Assembly: GCA_964291295.2 (NCBI GenBank)
Contig: OZ219754.1
Location: 1,536,001-1,600,000 of the forward strand
Direction of reading: 5' to 3'
Length of the DNA: 64,000 bases
Source: an uncultured Candidatus Binatia bacterium
GTDB lineage: Bacteria > Desulfobacterota > Binatia > UBA9968 > JAJDTQ01
Numbering within the stretch: the first letter of the stretch is position 1; the number at the start of each line of letters is the position of its first letter. The translations under genes were made by a program, and so were the position numbers. Of the stretch, positions 37,406 to 51,736 are shown in pieces. The notes beneath the pieces are model-generated. The model saw nothing but the letters and a program-made list of their open reading frames with translations. It ran no database searches and was not told the DNA's origin.

Positions 37406-40221
37406 GCAAAGTGAGAGTGCATCAACTGGCCAGACAGCTCGAGATCGAGCCAAAGGACCTCATCGCCCAACTCGAAAAGATCAGGGTCCGTGGCAAGAAA
37501 CCGCAGAGCTCCCTTGATGAGTCGGAAGTCGAGGCCGTGAAGGCGGCCCTCGCCGCCATGGAGAAGCCGAAGGTCACGGTCGGTGAGGAACGGGTTGTGG
37601 TCGATCGCACGATCACGGCTGAAGACCAGCAGATGGGCGAGGTTCAGGCACAGGAGAAGGTGGTCGAGCGCCGCGTGCGCGCCAATGTCATCCGGCGCCG
37701 CAGAAGCACGGTGGAGCTGGTCACGCGCAAGCCCATTCAGCCGGTGGAGCCGCGGGAGGAGGAAGAGGCGCCCGAGAGCGCGCCGCCCGCGCCGGTCGAA
37801 GTCGCGCCGCTGCCAGCCGCCGCGGGCGAAGCGGAGGTTCCGGCCGCCGAGGGTATTGCGGGAGAGGCCGAGGCGCCGGTGGAGGAGGCCGCGGAGGCAA
37901 CGGCCGCGTCCGCGTCCGATGCGGCTGCCGGTGAGGCGCAGGCGGAGACGGAGCCACCGGAGGAAACCGGGGCGGAAGAGACGCCGGTTCCGGCGCCGCC
38001 GCCTGCCGCGGTGACGGAGGCGACCGAGGCGGTGGCGAGCGGGGCGAACGGTGTGAACGGCGCCGCTGAACCCGGGGGCGACCGACCTGCGCCGGCGGCC
38101 GCGCAACCCACGTTGACCGGCCCCCGGATCCTTGGACGCATCGACTTGAACCGGAAGCCGGCGGCGCCGGCGAAGACGCCGGCGGCCAAGACCGCGGCTC
38201 CGGGCGCGGCCCGCGAAGGGAAGCAGCCGCCGGCGGCGGACGGACAGGACAAGCCCGGCAAGGGAGCCAAGGGCAAGAAGCGGGTCATCCGGAAACAGGA
38301 GGTCATTGAGCTCAAGGAACGGGAGTTTCGCTCGCCCCGGGGCCGGATGCTCAGGAAGAAGCGGGCCTTGCCCGGCAAGGAGCAGAAGAAGACCGAGATC
38401 ACCGTGCCCAAGGCCAGCAAGCGGGTGGTCCGCATGGCCGAGGTCGTCACCGTCGGCGAGATGGCGCGGTCCATGGGCGTCAAGGCGGGCGAGGTCATCA
38501 AGAAACTCATGGGACTGGGCATGATGGCCACCATCAACCAGGTGCTGGACTACGACACCGCTACCCTGGTGGCCAACGAGTTCGATTACCAGGTCGAGAA
38601 CGTGGCGTTCGACGTGGAGACGGCGCTCCAGGATCAGCACGAGGTCACGGACCCGGAGGAGGCGCTGGAGCCAAGGCCGCCGGTGGTGACCATCATGGGA
38701 CATGTCGACCACGGCAAGACTTCGTTGCTCGACGCCATCCGAAGCACCCACGTGACCGATGCCGAGGCGGGCGGCATCACCCAGCACATCGGCGCCTATC
38801 ATGTCCGGCTCGACGGCAGGGGCGTGACCTTCCTCGACACTCCCGGCCACGAGGCCTTCACGGCCATGCGCGCTCGGGGTGCCAAGGTCACCGACATCGT
38901 GGTGCTGGTGGTCGCCGCCGACGACGGCGTGATGCCGCAGACCATCGAGGCGGTGGATCACGCCCGCGCCGCCGAGGTGCCGATCATCGTGGCCGTCAAC
39001 AAGATCGACCGTCCGGACGCCGACCCGGACCGGGCCCAGCGCGGTCTGTCCGACCACGGTCTGGTGCCCGAGGCGTGGGGCGGCGACACGGTCGTCGTGC
39101 CGGTTTCGGCCGTGACCGGCGAAGGGTTGTCCAATCTGCTGGAGATGCTGCTGCTTCAGGCGGATCTTCTGGAACTCAAGGCCAACCCCGACAAGCTTGC
39201 CCGCGGCGTGGTGGTGGAGGCCAGGCTGGAACGGGGCCGCGGCCCGGTCTCCACCGTACTGGTTCAGGAGGGTACGCTGCGGGTGGGCGACCCCATCTTC
39301 GCGGGGCCCCACCACGGCAAGGTGCGGGCCATGCTCGATGACCAGGGACGCAAGGTCGATCGGGCGACACCGTCGATACCGGTGGAGATCCTGGGGCTGC
39401 AGGGTGTGCCCCAGGCGGGCGAGGGGTTCTCGGCGCTCACCGACGAGGCCTCGGCGCGGCAGTTTGCGGAATACCGCGAGGGCCAGCAGCGCGAGGCCGA
39501 GTTGGCCAAGACCAGCAAGGTGTCCCTCGAAGAGTTCTACGACCAGATCAAGGCCAGCGAGGTCAAGGAACTGCGGGTGGTGGTGAAGGGCGATGTCCAC
39601 GGCTCCGTGGAGGCTCTCGGCGACGCCGTGACCCGCATCTCCACCGAGGAGGTGAAGATCCGGGTGATCCACGGCTCCGTGGGCGGCATCACCGAGAGCG
39701 ACGTGCTCCTGGCCAGTGCATCCAACGCCATCGTCATCGGCTTCAACGTCCGCCCGGAACCCAAGGCCACGAGCCTGGCGACGCAGCAGGGCGTGGACGT
39801 GAGGCTCTACACCATCATCTATGACGTGCTGGAAGACATCCGCTCGGCCATGGAGGGGCTCCTGGAGCCCATCTACCGCGAAGAGTTCCATGCCCGGATC
39901 CAGGTGCGCGAGGTCTTCAACATTCGCGGGGTGGGCACCATCGCCGGCTGTTCGGTCACCGACGGCAAGATCCTGCGTTCGAGCATGGTACGGCTGCTGC
40001 GGGATCAGGTGGTGGTGCACGAAGGCCGCCTCGCGAGCCTGAAGCGGTTCAAGGACGATGTGCGCGAGGTGGGGACGGGTTACGAGTGCGGCATCGCCAT
40101 TGATGGCTACCAGGACGTCAAGGTCGGCGACGTCATCGAGGGTTTCGCCAAGGTCCCCATCACCCGGGCACAGGTGCGGGCGGAAGGCGCCGGCGCGGCG
40201 CAGCTTTCCGCGGACCGGTAG
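37402..40221 (+). CDS. infB: Translation initiation factor IF-2
   Basis: [33 protein letters not shown]. Confidence 0.98.
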   Translation: MSKVRVHQLARQLEIEPKDLIAQLEKIRVRGKKPQSSLDESEVEAVKAALAAMEKPKVTVGEERVVVDRTITAEDQQMGEVQAQEKVVERRVRANVIRRRRSTVELVTRKPIQPVEPREEEEAPESAPPAPVEVAPLPAAAGEAEVPAAEGIAGEAEAPVEEAAEATAASASDAAAGEAQAETEPPEETGAEETPVPAPPPAAVTEATEAVASGANGVNGAAEPGGDRPAPAAAQPTLTGPRILGRIDLNRKPAAPAKTPAAKTAAPGAAREGKQPPAADGQDKPGKGAKGKKRVIRKQEVIELKEREFRSPRGRMLRKKRALPGKEQKKTEITVPKASKRVVRMAEVVTVGEMARSMGVKAGEVIKKLMGLGMMATINQVLDYDTATLVANEFDYQVENVAFDVETALQDQHEVTDPEEALEPRPPVVTIMGHVDHGKTSLLDAIRSTHVTDAEAGGITQHIGAYHVRLDGRGVTFLDTPGHEAFTAMRARGAKVTDIVVLVVAADDGVMPQTIEAVDHARAAEVPIIVAVNKIDRPDADPDRAQRGLSDHGLVPEAWGGDTVVVPVSAVTGEGLSNLLEMLLLQADLLELKANPDKLARGVVVEARLERGRGPVSTVLVQEGTLRVGDPIFAGPHHGKVRAMLDDQGRKVDRATPSIPVEILGLQGVPQAGEGFSALTDEASARQFAEYREGQQREAELAKTSKVSLEEFYDQIKASEVKELRVVVKGDVHGSVEALGDAVTRISTEEVKIRVIHGSVGGITESDVLLASASNAIVIGFNVRPEPKATSLATQQGVDVRLYTIIYDVLEDIRSAMEGLLEPIYREEFHARIQVREVFNIRGVGTIAGCSVTDGKILRSSMVRLLRDQVVVHEGRLASLKRFKDDVREVGTGYECGIAIDGYQDVKVGDVIEGFAKVPITRAQVRAEGAGAAQLSADR

Positions 40222-40305
40222 CCCCGGGTTCCCGTATTTCCGTTTCGCCGCACCCGGGACACGTTCCTCAACCGCTCCCGGCCGCGGCGACGTGACGTTG
40301 ACGCC

Positions 40306-40593
40306 ATGGTGGTGGGCGTTCTCAAGCTTGCGTTGATCCTGCCGGAGAATCATTCCCTCAAGGGGAAGCGGTCGGTGCTCCGGAAGATTCAGTCCCGGGT
40401 TTCCGACAAGTTCAACATTTCAGTAGCGGAGTGCGGGGATCAGGACCTGTGGCAGCGGTCGCTGCTGGGGTTCGGGGTGGTGGGCAGCAACGCCAGGGTC
40501 GTCGAAGCCACGCTGCGGCAGGTGGTCGAGTTCGTCGACCGGCTGGGCCTGGCGGAAGTCGGCGAGTCGGATCTCTCGATCCGGCACGAATAG
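40306..40593 (+). CDS. DUF503 (YlxP) protein
   Basis: SLKGKRSV, FNISVAE...QDLWQR; follows infB. Confidence 0.9.
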   Translation: MVVGVLKLALILPENHSLKGKRSVLRKIQSRVSDKFNISVAECGDQDLWQRSLLGFGVVGSNARVVEATLRQVVEFVDRLGLAEVGESDLSIRHE

Positions 40594-40717
40594 GTGCACG
40601 CAGCACGCAAGGATCCCGGCGCGCCATGAACAGGGACGGGCACCGACCTTCGAACGCGCCGTTGCCGCGGAAGCGGGAGGCCGGAAGGGCAGGGACGGGG
40701 TCTCGCGGGGGTCTCTC

Positions 40718-41083
40718 GTGAAGCATGGCCGGAAGACAGGCGCCCCCCGCTCGGAGCGGGTCGGCGAGTTGTTGATCGAGTTCATTTCCCGGCTGCTGGC
40801 GCGCACGCTGAACGATTCGCGGCTCCAGGGAGTCACGCTCACCGGCGTGGATGTCCGAGCCGACCTGAAGCACGCGCAGGTCTACTTCACCGTGCGCGAC
40901 GGCGTATCCGGCAAGGAACAGGCGCTCCCGGGTCTGCGCGCGGCCACGGGTTTCATTCGCGGCCGGATCGCCGCGGAGTTGAAGCTTCGTTTCGTCCCGA
41001 CCCTCGAGTTTGTCCACGACTCGTCCCCGGACCAGGCCCGGCGTATCGAGGAGCTCCTCGACGCGGTGGGTCCGGAACGGTGA
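40718..41083 (+). CDS. rbfA: Ribosome-binding factor A
   Basis: [31 protein letters not shown]. Confidence 0.93.
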   Translation: MKHGRKTGAPRSERVGELLIEFISRLLARTLNDSRLQGVTLTGVDVRADLKHAQVYFTVRDGVSGKEQALPGLRAATGFIRGRIAAELKLRFVPTLEFVHDSSPDQARRIEELLDAVGPER

Positions 41084-41997
41084 GGCCGGCCGCCATGCAT
41101 TTCGCCGGCAGCGGCATCCTGCTGGTGGACAAGCCGGAAGGGCCGTCGTCGGCCCGGGTGGTGGCCGCCGCGAAACGGATCACCGGTGCCCGCAAGGTCG
41201 GCCACCTCGGCACCCTGGATCCGTTCGCTTCCGGTCTGCTGCCGCTGGCGGTCAACGAGGGTACGAAGGTCGCCGGGTACTTCCTGGACGCGGACAAGGG
41301 ATACACCGGCGTGATGGCGTTGGGGACGGAGACGGATACGCAGGACCGAACCGGCGAGGTGCTGTCCCGGTGCGCGGTTCCCGTCCTCGCCGCCGGGGAT
41401 CTCGATGCGGTGCGCCGGGAGTTCAGCGGCTCTCTGTGCCAGGTGCCGCCGATGTACTCGGCGCTCAAGAGGGAGGGCGCCCGCCTTTACGATCTGGCCC
41501 GCAAGGGGGTGGAGGTGGAGCGGGAGCCGCGCAGCGTCCGGGTGGAGATCGTCCGTCTGGAACAGGTGCGCCGGGCCGAGCTGGAGTTCGAGATCACCTG
41601 CTCCAAGGGAACCTATGTCAGGACCCTGGCCGCCGACATCGGCCGGTTCCTCGGCTGCGGCGCTCACCTGGGGCGGCTTCGCAGGGTGGCGTCCGGCCCC
41701 TTCCGGATCGCCGACGCGGTGGTGCTGGAGGATCTCGAAGCAGCCCGGGATGTGCCGCTGGTGCCGTTGAACCAGGCTCTGGGGCACCTGGGATGTGCGG
41801 TATTCGACGCCGGCGCGGTGGGCCGGCTCCGGCGGGGCATCCAGGACTGCCTGGCGGGGGTCGGAGAACCGGCTCCGGGCGAGACCGCGCGGCGGGTGGT
41901 GGGGCCGCACGGCGAACTGGTGGCGCTCATGGGCTGGGACAGGCACTTGCGGAGGTGGCGGCTCCTTCGGGTTCTGGATCTTTCCGCGGCGCCCTGA
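41080..41997 (+). CDS. truB: tRNA pseudouridine(55) synthase
   Basis: [38 protein letters not shown]. Confidence 0.96.
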   Translation: MRPAAMHFAGSGILLVDKPEGPSSARVVAAAKRITGARKVGHLGTLDPFASGLLPLAVNEGTKVAGYFLDADKGYTGVMALGTETDTQDRTGEVLSRCAVPVLAAGDLDAVRREFSGSLCQVPPMYSALKREGARLYDLARKGVEVEREPRSVRVEIVRLEQVRRAELEFEITCSKGTYVRTLAADIGRFLGCGAHLGRLRRVASGPFRIADAVVLEDLEAARDVPLVPLNQALGHLGCAVFDAGAVGRLRRGIQDCLAGVGEPAPGETARRVVGPHGELVALMGWDRHLRRWRLLRVLDLSAAP

Positions 41998-42083
41998 GGC
42001 TTGGTGCGGCGGCATTGCACGGACGCCGCGGGTATGTTAGAGACCATGTGAAATACAAGAAAAGGGAGAAAGAAAAGGGTTCG

Positions 42084-42353
42084 ATGGAATCAGTTCGGGA
42101 GCAGACCAGCGAGACGATCAGGAACTTCAGACTTCACGACACCGACACCGGTTCGCCTGAGGTGCAGGTGGCCCTTCACAGCCACCGTATCGCTTACCTG
42201 ACAGAGCACCTGAGAACGCACAGGAAGGACCATCACACGCGGATGGGCCTGCTCAGGCTCGTGGGAAAGAGGCGGCGGCTTCTGGACTATCTCAGGAAGA
42301 GGGATGTCCGGAGGTATCAGACCTTGATCCGGCGCCTGGGTATCCGGCGATAG
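42084..42353 (+). CDS. rpsO: 30S ribosomal protein S15
   Basis: [14 protein letters not shown]...[20 protein letters not shown]. Confidence 0.96.
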   Translation: MESVREQTSETIRNFRLHDTDTGSPEVQVALHSHRIAYLTEHLRTHRKDHHTRMGLLRLVGKRRRLLDYLRKRDVRRYQTLIRRLGIRR

Positions 42354-42420
42354 ATACCCGGACGGCGGTGTCCTTCCCGCGTTCTTCTCTTCAGCCTCCA
42401 CGACCCTCGAGAGTACACCC

Positions 42421-44520
<2,100 letters not shown>

Positions 44521-44595
44521 CGGATGCGGGTCCCGACCCCGCCGTGCCTGGTTGAGGCTCCGATGGCTGAACTCCGGTCGCTCCCGTACCGGCCG

Positions 44596-44647
44596 CTGCA
44601 ACTTCGACAGCTGCAATTCCGACAGCTGAAACTTCGATAGCTGAAAC
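44596..44647. repeat. Imperfect 15-bp tandem repeat, about 3.5 units
   Basis: CTGCAACTTCGACAG CTGCAATTCCGACAG CTGAAACTTCGATAG CTGAAAC. Confidence 0.85.
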
Positions 44648-44657
44648 CCGCTCCGCA

Positions 44658-45932
44658 ATGTTCGAAAAAACGCTGCTTGACAACGGCATCCGGATTCTGA
44701 CGGAACAGCGCACCGGGACCCGGGCGGTGAGCCTCGGCATCTGGGTGGAGAACGGCTCTCGCCACGAGGAACGGCGCCAGGGCGGCATGTCGCACTTCGT
44801 CGAACACCTTCTTTTCAAGGGGACGGAGCGGCGCAGTCCGCAGCAGATCGCCGAGGAGATGGACTCCGTCGGCGGCGTCATCAACGCCTTCACCGGCAAG
44901 GAATCCACCTGCTACTACGCCAAGGTGGTGGACGAGCACCTGCCGCTGGCCATCGACGTCCTGAGGGACATCTTTCTCAACTCGGTGTTCGATCCGGACG
45001 AGATCGAGCGTGAACGCACCGTGATCCTGCAGGAGATCGCCTCGGCCGACGAGAATCCCGAGGATTTCGTCCATGACCTTTTCAGCCGCGACCATTTCGG
45101 CGACCATCCGCTGGGCCGGCCGGTATGCGGGGATGTGGACACGGTGTCCGGGTTCACCCGGGATGATCTGACCGGGTTCGTGGCCGAGCGCTACCTTCCC
45201 GGCCGGGTTCTCATCGCGGGTGCCGGCAACCTTTCCCACGCCGAGCTGGTGGACGCGGTGGCCGGAGAGTTCGGCGGCCTCCCGGCCCGGCCCCTGGTGA
45301 ACGGCGACGTTGCGCCGGAGATTCGCCACGGGCTGTTCGTCCACCCGCGCGAGCTGGGGCAGGTGCACATCTGCCTGGGTGTGCCGGCGCTGCCCCAGGG
45401 CGACCCCCGGCACTACACGGCCCATGTGCTCAACGCGCTCCTGGGCGGCGGCATGAGTTCGCGTCTCTTCCAGGAGATACGGGAGCGGCGCGGCCGGGCC
45501 TATGCGGTCTATTCCTTCCTGTCGGGCTACCGCGACGTCGGCTATCTTGGCGTCTACGTCGGCACCAGGGCGGAATGGACACGGGAGGTCATCGAGCTCG
45601 CGGTGGAGGAGATGGCCAAGGTGGCCGGCGGGCAGGTCACCGAAGCGGAGCTGGAGCGGGCCCGGAACCAGCTCATCGGCAACACCCTGCTGGGTCTCGA
45701 GTCCGCGGATTCCTGGATGAGCCACATGGCCCGGAGCGAGATGTGCCACGGCAGGCAGATGTCGGCGGAGGAGATCACCCGGGGCTTCCGTGACGTCACC
45801 CTTGACGCTGCCACCGCCCTTGCCGGCGAGTTCTTCGTGCCCGGAGCCATGACCGCCACCCTGCTGGGCGATCTTGAGGGGCACAGCGTCGAGGGGCTGC
45901 CGTTCGGCACCTCCGCCGCCGCGAACCACTGA
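44658..45932 (+). CDS. M16-family (pitrilysin-like) zinc peptidase
   Basis: HFVEHLLFKGT (HxxEH), NAFT.KE.T, LGGGMSSRLFQEIRE. Confidence 0.93.
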   Translation: MFEKTLLDNGIRILTEQRTGTRAVSLGIWVENGSRHEERRQGGMSHFVEHLLFKGTERRSPQQIAEEMDSVGGVINAFTGKESTCYYAKVVDEHLPLAIDVLRDIFLNSVFDPDEIERERTVILQEIASADENPEDFVHDLFSRDHFGDHPLGRPVCGDVDTVSGFTRDDLTGFVAERYLPGRVLIAGAGNLSHAELVDAVAGEFGGLPARPLVNGDVAPEIRHGLFVHPRELGQVHICLGVPALPQGDPRHYTAHVLNALLGGGMSSRLFQEIRERRGRAYAVYSFLSGYRDVGYLGVYVGTRAEWTREVIELAVEEMAKVAGGQVTEAELERARNQLIGNTLLGLESADSWMSHMARSEMCHGRQMSAEEITRGFRDVTLDAATALAGEFFVPGAMTATLLGDLEGHSVEGLPFGTSAAANH

Positions 45933-46041
45933 CAGGCGCCTCTCCCTTCGGAGACCGACAGAGACCCGCTTCCGCCGGGGAGCGGGCGGCCGAAGGCCGG
46001 ACAGAGGACGGCGCACGAAGGCTCACATGGCCGAGGCTCAC

Positions 46042-46494
46042 ATGGCCGAAGTCAAGGTCCGGATCAAGCGGGTGCGGCACGGCAGGGAGGCTGTTCCGCT
46101 GCCCCGTTACATGACCGCGGGCTCGGCGGGCATGGATCTGGCCGCCGCGGCGGCGGCGGATGTGGTGCTGGCGCCGCTGGAGCGGGCGCTCATACCCGCG
46201 GGCATCGCCTTGGCCCTGCCCGCCGGCTTCGAAGCCCAGATCCGGCCCCGGAGCGGAGCCGCGTGGGATCAGGGCCTCACCTTGGTGAACAGCCCCGGCA
46301 CCATCGACTCGGACTACCGGGGCGAGGTCCATCTGTTTGTCATCAACCTGGGCTCCGAGACGGTGACCATCCGTCCCGGTGACCGTATCGCGCAGCTGCT
46401 GGTGCAGCGCATCCCGCGGGTGTGCTGGGAAGAGGTGGACAAGCTGCCGGCGTCCAAAAGGGGTAATGGCGGCCTCGGCCACACCTCCAAGTGA
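46042..46494 (+). CDS. dut: dUTP diphosphatase (alternative start at 46027 created by a 15-bp duplication, 46019-46048)
   Basis: GSAGMDL, IRPRSG, NSPGTIDSDYRGE, DRIAQL, RG.GG.GHT. Confidence 0.95.
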   Translation: MAEVKVRIKRVRHGREAVPLPRYMTAGSAGMDLAAAAAADVVLAPLERALIPAGIALALPAGFEAQIRPRSGAAWDQGLTLVNSPGTIDSDYRGEVHLFVINLGSETVTIRPGDRIAQLLVQRIPRVCWEEVDKLPASKRGNGGLGHTSK

Positions 46495-46495
46495 C

Positions 46496-47806
46496 ATGAT
46501 CGAACGCTACACACGCCCTGCGATGGCGCGGATCTGGTCCGAGGAGAACCGCTTCGCCAAGTGGCTCGAGATCGAGATCCTGGCCACGGAAGCCTTGGCG
46601 GGCATGGGCAAGGCGCCGCAGGACGCCCCCGCGCGTATCCGGCGGAATGCCCGCATCGACGTGGGGCGGATCCGCGAGATCGAGCGCGAGGTCCATCACG
46701 AAGTCATCGCGTTCCTGCGCTGCCTGGCCGAGTCCATCGGCGACGATTCCCGTTTCGTGCATGTGGGCATGACGTCGTCGGACGTCATGGACACCGGATT
46801 CTCGCTGCAGCTCAAGGATGCCAGCGGGCTCGTGCTGGACGGTGTGAAGGCGCTCCTGTCGGTGCTGCGGGAGCAGGCGTTCCGCTACAAGGACACGGCG
46901 ATGATGGGCCGCACCCACGGCATCCATGCCGAGCCCATCACGTTTGGCCTGAAGCTGGCGCTGTGGCACGAGGAGATGCGCCGGAATCTGGCGCGGCTGG
47001 AGGGCGCCGCCGGCGAGATCCGTTGCGGCATCGTCTCCGGTGCCGTGGGGACCTATGCGCAGATTCCGCCGGAGGTCGAGGCCCATGTGTGCGAGGCCGC
47101 GGGGCTCACCCCGGAACCGGTGTCGAACCAGATCGTTCAGCGTGACCGCCACGCCTACTTTTTCGGCGTCCTGGCGGTGCTGGCCAGTTCCATCGAGAAG
47201 TTCGCGGTGGAGATCCGCCACCTTCAGCGCACCGAGGTGCTCGAAGCCGAGGAGCCGTTCGCGGCTGCCCAGATGGGCTCGTCGGCCATGCCCCACAAGC
47301 GCAATCCGATCCTCACCGAGAATGTCTGCGGTCTGGCCCGGCTGGTGCGGGCCTACTCGGTCTCGGCCCTGGAGAACGTCGCCCTGTGGCACGAGCGGGA
47401 CATCAGCCACTCGTCGGTGGAGCGGGTCATCGGACCGGACGCCACCATCCTCGTGGACTTCATGCTCCACCGGGTGACTCACGTGATCGCCAACCTCTGC
47501 GTCTATCCCGAGAACATGGAGCGCAACCTGGCGTTGAGCGGCGGCGCGGTGTTCTCGCAGGCGGTTCTCCTGCGTCTGGTGGAGAGGGGCCTGTCCCGGG
47601 ACGAGGCCTACAAGGTCGTGCAACGACACGGACTGGTGGCCGCCAAGGAGGGGAAGGACCTCAGGCGGCAACTGCTCGACGATCCGCAGGTGACGGCGCA
47701 CGTGACCGCGGCAGATCTCGACGGCATCTGGAATCTCAAGGACTGTCTCAGGTACGTGGACACGATATTCGAACGGGTTTTCGGCAAGACGCGACCGCCC
47801 GGCTGA
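46496..47806 (+). CDS. purB: Adenylosuccinate lyase
   Basis: MIERY, GRTHGIHAEP, GSSAMPHKRNP, LWHERDISHSSVER. Confidence 0.97.
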   Translation: MIERYTRPAMARIWSEENRFAKWLEIEILATEALAGMGKAPQDAPARIRRNARIDVGRIREIEREVHHEVIAFLRCLAESIGDDSRFVHVGMTSSDVMDTGFSLQLKDASGLVLDGVKALLSVLREQAFRYKDTAMMGRTHGIHAEPITFGLKLALWHEEMRRNLARLEGAAGEIRCGIVSGAVGTYAQIPPEVEAHVCEAAGLTPEPVSNQIVQRDRHAYFFGVLAVLASSIEKFAVEIRHLQRTEVLEAEEPFAAAQMGSSAMPHKRNPILTENVCGLARLVRAYSVSALENVALWHERDISHSSVERVIGPDATILVDFMLHRVTHVIANLCVYPENMERNLALSGGAVFSQAVLLRLVERGLSRDEAYKVVQRHGLVAAKEGKDLRRQLLDDPQVTAHVTAADLDGIWNLKDCLRYVDTIFERVFGKTRPPG

Positions 47807-47847
47807 ACCGGATGGGGACAGGCGCCCGCAAGCACACGAGGAGAGTC

Positions 47848-48561
47848 ATGGAAAAGCGCGATTTCATGTATGAGGGCAAGGCGAAGAAGCTCTACGCCAC
47901 CGACGATCCCGGCAGGATGATCCAGTATTTCAAGGACGACGCCAGCGCCTTCAACAAGAAGAAGCTGGGCACCGTGACGTCCAAGGGCGTCATCAACAAC
48001 GCCATCTCCGAGGTGCTGTTCAGACACCTGGAAGACAACGGCGTGCCGACCCATTTCCTGGAGCGTCTCGATGACCGGGAGATGCTGGTCCACAAGCTGG
48101 ACATGCTGCCCATCGAGGTCATCATCCGGAACATCGTGGCCGGCAGCATGGCCAAACGGCTCGGGCTGGAGGAAGGGCAGTCGCTCTCCACCACCATTCT
48201 TGAGTTCTGCTACAAGTGCGACGAACTGGATGACCCGATCATCAACGACTACCACATCCTGGCTCTGGGCTACGCCACCGCCGGAGAACTGGAGGAGATC
48301 AAGCGTCTCTCCTTTCGCATCAACGAACTGATGACGGCGTTCTTCGACGAGCGGGACCTGATCCTGGTGGACTTCAAGCTTGAGTTCGGCAAGCGTGAAG
48401 GCAAGGTCGTCCTCGCCGACGAGATCTGCCCGGACACCTGCCGTTTCTGGCAGAAGGGCTCCCTCGAAAAGATGGACAAGGACCGTTTCCGCCGGGACCT
48501 GGGCGGTGTCGAGGAAGCCTACCAGGAAGTCTGCCGCCGGGTGACCGGCGGCCAGGGTTGA
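47848..48561 (+). CDS. purC: SAICAR synthase
   Basis: YEGKAKKLY, LVDFKLEFG, LADEICPDTCRFW, DKDRFR. Confidence 0.97.
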   Translation: MEKRDFMYEGKAKKLYATDDPGRMIQYFKDDASAFNKKKLGTVTSKGVINNAISEVLFRHLEDNGVPTHFLERLDDREMLVHKLDMLPIEVIIRNIVAGSMAKRLGLEEGQSLSTTILEFCYKCDELDDPIINDYHILALGYATAGELEEIKRLSFRINELMTAFFDERDLILVDFKLEFGKREGKVVLADEICPDTCRFWQKGSLEKMDKDRFRRDLGGVEEAYQEVCRRVTGGQG

Positions 48562-48815
48562 CCTTGCGCGTCAAGGTCTTCGTGACCCTCAGGGAGGGGG
48601 TGCTGGACCCCCAGGGGAAGGCGGTCCGGAACTCGCTGCACAGCCTCGGCTTCGCCGCGGTGCGGGACGTGCGCGTGGGCAAGTATCTGGAACTCCAGCT
48701 TGATGTGGCCGCGGCCGGGGACGCCGAGCGGCAGGTCCGCCGGATGTGCGACACGCTCCTCGCCAACCCCGTCATCGAAGACTACCGCTTCGAGATCGCG
48801 GAAGTCGCGGAATAG
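48558..48815 (+). CDS. purS: FGAM synthase subunit PurS
   Basis: VLDPQGKA, LLANPVIE. Confidence 0.95.
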   Translation: MTLRVKVFVTLREGVLDPQGKAVRNSLHSLGFAAVRDVRVGKYLELQLDVAAAGDAERQVRRMCDTLLANPVIEDYRFEIAEVAE

Positions 48816-48818
48816 CCC

Positions 48819-49523
48819 ATGCGTTGGGGAGTGACGGTCTTTCCCGGCTCCTGCGACGACGACGATGTCGTCCACTGCCTGCGCCACGTCCTCGGCCATG
48901 ATGTCCGCACCCTGTGGCACAAGGAGCCGTTCCCTGGCGGCTGTGACGGCGTGGTGCTGCCCGGGGGCTTTTCCTACGGCGACTACCTGCGGGCCGGCGC
49001 CATGGCCCGGTTCTCGCCGGTCATGGGCGGCATTGTCGAGTTCGCCGCGTCCGGCGGCCTGGTGCTGGGCATCTGCAACGGCTTTCAGATCCTCTGTGAG
49101 TCCGGGCTGTTGCCCGGAACCCTGATGCGCAACGCCTCCCTTCGGTTCGTGTGCCGGCGGGTATTCGTGCGGGTGGAGAACAACCGCTCCCCGTTCACGC
49201 GGCTGGCCAGACCCGGTGAACTGCTGGAGATGCCGGTCAAGCACGGCCAGGGCCGCTACCATGCCGACGCCGCGACCCTGAAGCGGCTCGACGACGACGG
49301 ACGGGTGCTGCTGCGGTACGCGGACGCGGCGGGCCAGGTCTCGGCCGCGGCCAATCCCAACGGCTCGCTGGACGGCATCGCCGGAATCTGCAATCCGGGG
49401 CGCAACGTGTTCGGCCTGATGCCCCATCCCGAGGACGCCGCCGAAGCCGTGCTCGGAGGGGTGAGCGGCCTCAGGATCTTCTCGTCCATGGCCGCCGAGG
49501 CCGGGTGCGGGAGCGGCGTGTGA
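48819..49523 (+). CDS. purQ: FGAM synthase glutaminase subunit PurQ
   Basis: [28 protein letters not shown]. Confidence 0.95.
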   Translation: MRWGVTVFPGSCDDDDVVHCLRHVLGHDVRTLWHKEPFPGGCDGVVLPGGFSYGDYLRAGAMARFSPVMGGIVEFAASGGLVLGICNGFQILCESGLLPGTLMRNASLRFVCRRVFVRVENNRSPFTRLARPGELLEMPVKHGQGRYHADAATLKRLDDDGRVLLRYADAAGQVSAAANPNGSLDGIAGICNPGRNVFGLMPHPEDAAEAVLGGVSGLRIFSSMAAEAGCGSGV

Positions 49524-51736
49524 AGGGTGCCGCCGGAACCGGTCCCGTGACCGCCGGGGCGGTGCGCGCCCACGGCCTGACCGAGCAGGAGTACGGTCTT
49601 GTCCGCGGGCTCCTGGGCCGGGAGCCGAATCTGACCGAGCTGGGCGTCTTCTCGGTCATGTGGTCCGAGCATTGCAGCTACAAGAGTTCGCGGAAGCACC
49701 TGAAGCAGCTCCCGACCCGGGGGGCGCGGGTGATCCACGGACCCGGCGAGAACGCCGGCGTCATGGACATCGGCGACGGCATGGCCGTGGTGTTCAAGAT
49801 AGAGAGTCACAACCATCCCTCCTGCATCGAGCCGTATCAGGGCGCGGCGACCGGCGTCGGCGGCATCCTGCGCGACATCTTCACCATGGGCGCGCGCCCC
49901 ATCGCGAGCCTCGACTCGCTCCGGTTCGGCGCGGTCCGGCATCCCCGGACCCGCTACCTGGTAAACGGGGTGGTGGGCGGCATCGGCGGTTACGGCAACT
50001 GCATCGGCGTGCCCACCGTAGGCGGGGACATGGGCTTCGACGAGTGCTACGACGCCAACATCCTGGTGAACGCGTTCACCCTTGGCCTCGTCCGGCGGGA
50101 CCGGATCTTCACCGGCAAGGCCAGCGGCGCCGGCAACCCGGTGGTGTACGTGGGCTCCCGGACGGGACGCGACGGGGTTCACGGCGCCACCATGGCGTCG
50201 GAGTCCTTTTCCGGCGACTCGGAGCAGCGCCGGCCGACCGTGCAGGTGGGCGACCCCTTTACCGGGAAGCTCCTGCTGGAAGCCTGTCTGGAACTCATGC
50301 GGACCGACGCCATCGTGGGCATCCAGGACATGGGGGCGGCCGGTCTTACCAGTTCGGCGGTGGAGATGGCCGGGCGCGCGGGCTCCGGCGTGGAGTTGGA
50401 GCTGGACCGCGTTCCGCTGCGGGAGCGGGGCATGACCCCCTGCGAGATTCTGCTGTCCGAGTCCCAGGAGCGCATGCTGCTGGTGGCGCATCCGGAATCG
50501 GTGGACCGGGTGCAGGCCATTTTCCGGCGCTGGGATCTGGACGCGGTGGTGGTGGGCAAGGTCATCGAAGAGCCGGTGTTCCGGGTGCTTTCGGAGGGCC
50601 GCGAGGTGGTCTCCATCCCGGTGGCGGCGCTGACCGACGCCGTGCCGACTTGGGACCGGCCTGCGGCTCGGCCGGCCCGTCAGGACGACCTGCAGCGCCT
50701 GGACGAAGCCGCCCTGCCGCAACCCGCGAACATGGTCCGGGTGTTGGAGCAGTTGCTGGAGTCTCCCAACATCGCGTCGAGGGAATGGGTCTACCGGCAA
50801 TACGACCACTACGTGCGCGGCAACACCGTGGTGGCACCCGGCGCCGACGCCGCCGTGATCCGGATCAAGGGCACCTCCCGGGGGCTTGCCCTGACGGTGG
50901 ACGGCAACGCCCGGTACTGCTACCTGGACCCCCATGCGGGGGGCCGGGCCGCGGTGGCCGAAGCCGCCCGGAACCTGTCCTGCGTCGGTGCGGCGCCCCT
51001 GGGCCTCACGGACTGCCTCAATTTCGGCAACCCCGAGCGGGAAGACGTGATGTGGCAGTTCTCCCAGGCCATCCTCGGCATGCGCGAGGCGTGCGCGGCC
51101 CTGGAGATTCCGGTGGTGAGCGGCAACGTCAGCTTCTACAACGAGACCGACGGGGTGTCCATCCATCCCACGCCCACGGTGGCCATGGTGGGCCTGCTGG
51201 ACAACGTCGCGCGCATCGCCACGCCGTGGTTCAAGGAAGAGGGCGACCGGGTGGTGCTGCTGGGGTCGGACGCCGGCGTGTTGGGTGGTTCCGAGTACCT
51301 CAAGAGGGTCCACCATCAAGTGGCGGGGAAGCCGCCGCCGGTGGACCTGGCGCTGGAACGGGGCGTCCAGAAGACCTGCCGCGCGGCCGTGGAGGCGGGT
51401 CTGCTCTCCTCGGCCCACGACGTCTCGGAAGGGGGGCTTGCCGTGGCCTTGGCCGAGGCGTGCTTCGGCGACCCGGCCATCGGCGCGGTCATCGAGCTGG
51501 AGCGGGACGGCCGCCCGGATGCGCTTCTTTTCGGTGAGTCCCACTCGCGGATCGTGGTATCGTTGAAGGAGAAGGACTGCCGCCGGCTCCGGGAACTGGC
51601 ATCCGCAGAAGGGGTGCCGGCGGTGCCCATCGGCCGGGTGGGCGGCTCCCGGCTCGTCATCGGCGACCTGGTGCGGGCGCCGGTGGAGCGGCTCCGCAAT
51701 CTCTGGTCGACGGCTCTGGAACGGTACGTGGGGTGA
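49520..51736 (+). CDS. purL: FGAM synthase subunit PurL
   Basis: [51 protein letters not shown]. Confidence 0.97.
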   Translation: MKGAAGTGPVTAGAVRAHGLTEQEYGLVRGLLGREPNLTELGVFSVMWSEHCSYKSSRKHLKQLPTRGARVIHGPGENAGVMDIGDGMAVVFKIESHNHPSCIEPYQGAATGVGGILRDIFTMGARPIASLDSLRFGAVRHPRTRYLVNGVVGGIGGYGNCIGVPTVGGDMGFDECYDANILVNAFTLGLVRRDRIFTGKASGAGNPVVYVGSRTGRDGVHGATMASESFSGDSEQRRPTVQVGDPFTGKLLLEACLELMRTDAIVGIQDMGAAGLTSSAVEMAGRAGSGVELELDRVPLRERGMTPCEILLSESQERMLLVAHPESVDRVQAIFRRWDLDAVVVGKVIEEPVFRVLSEGREVVSIPVAALTDAVPTWDRPAARPARQDDLQRLDEAALPQPANMVRVLEQLLESPNIASREWVYRQYDHYVRGNTVVAPGADAAVIRIKGTSRGLALTVDGNARYCYLDPHAGGRAAVAEAARNLSCVGAAPLGLTDCLNFGNPEREDVMWQFSQAILGMREACAALEIPVVSGNVSFYNETDGVSIHPTPTVAMVGLLDNVARIATPWFKEEGDRVVLLGSDAGVLGGSEYLKRVHHQVAGKPPPVDLALERGVQKTCRAAVEAGLLSSAHDVSEGGLAVALAEACFGDPAIGAVIELERDGRPDALLFGESHSRIVVSLKEKDCRRLRELASAEGVPAVPIGRVGGSRLVIGDLVRAPVERLRNLWSTALERYVG

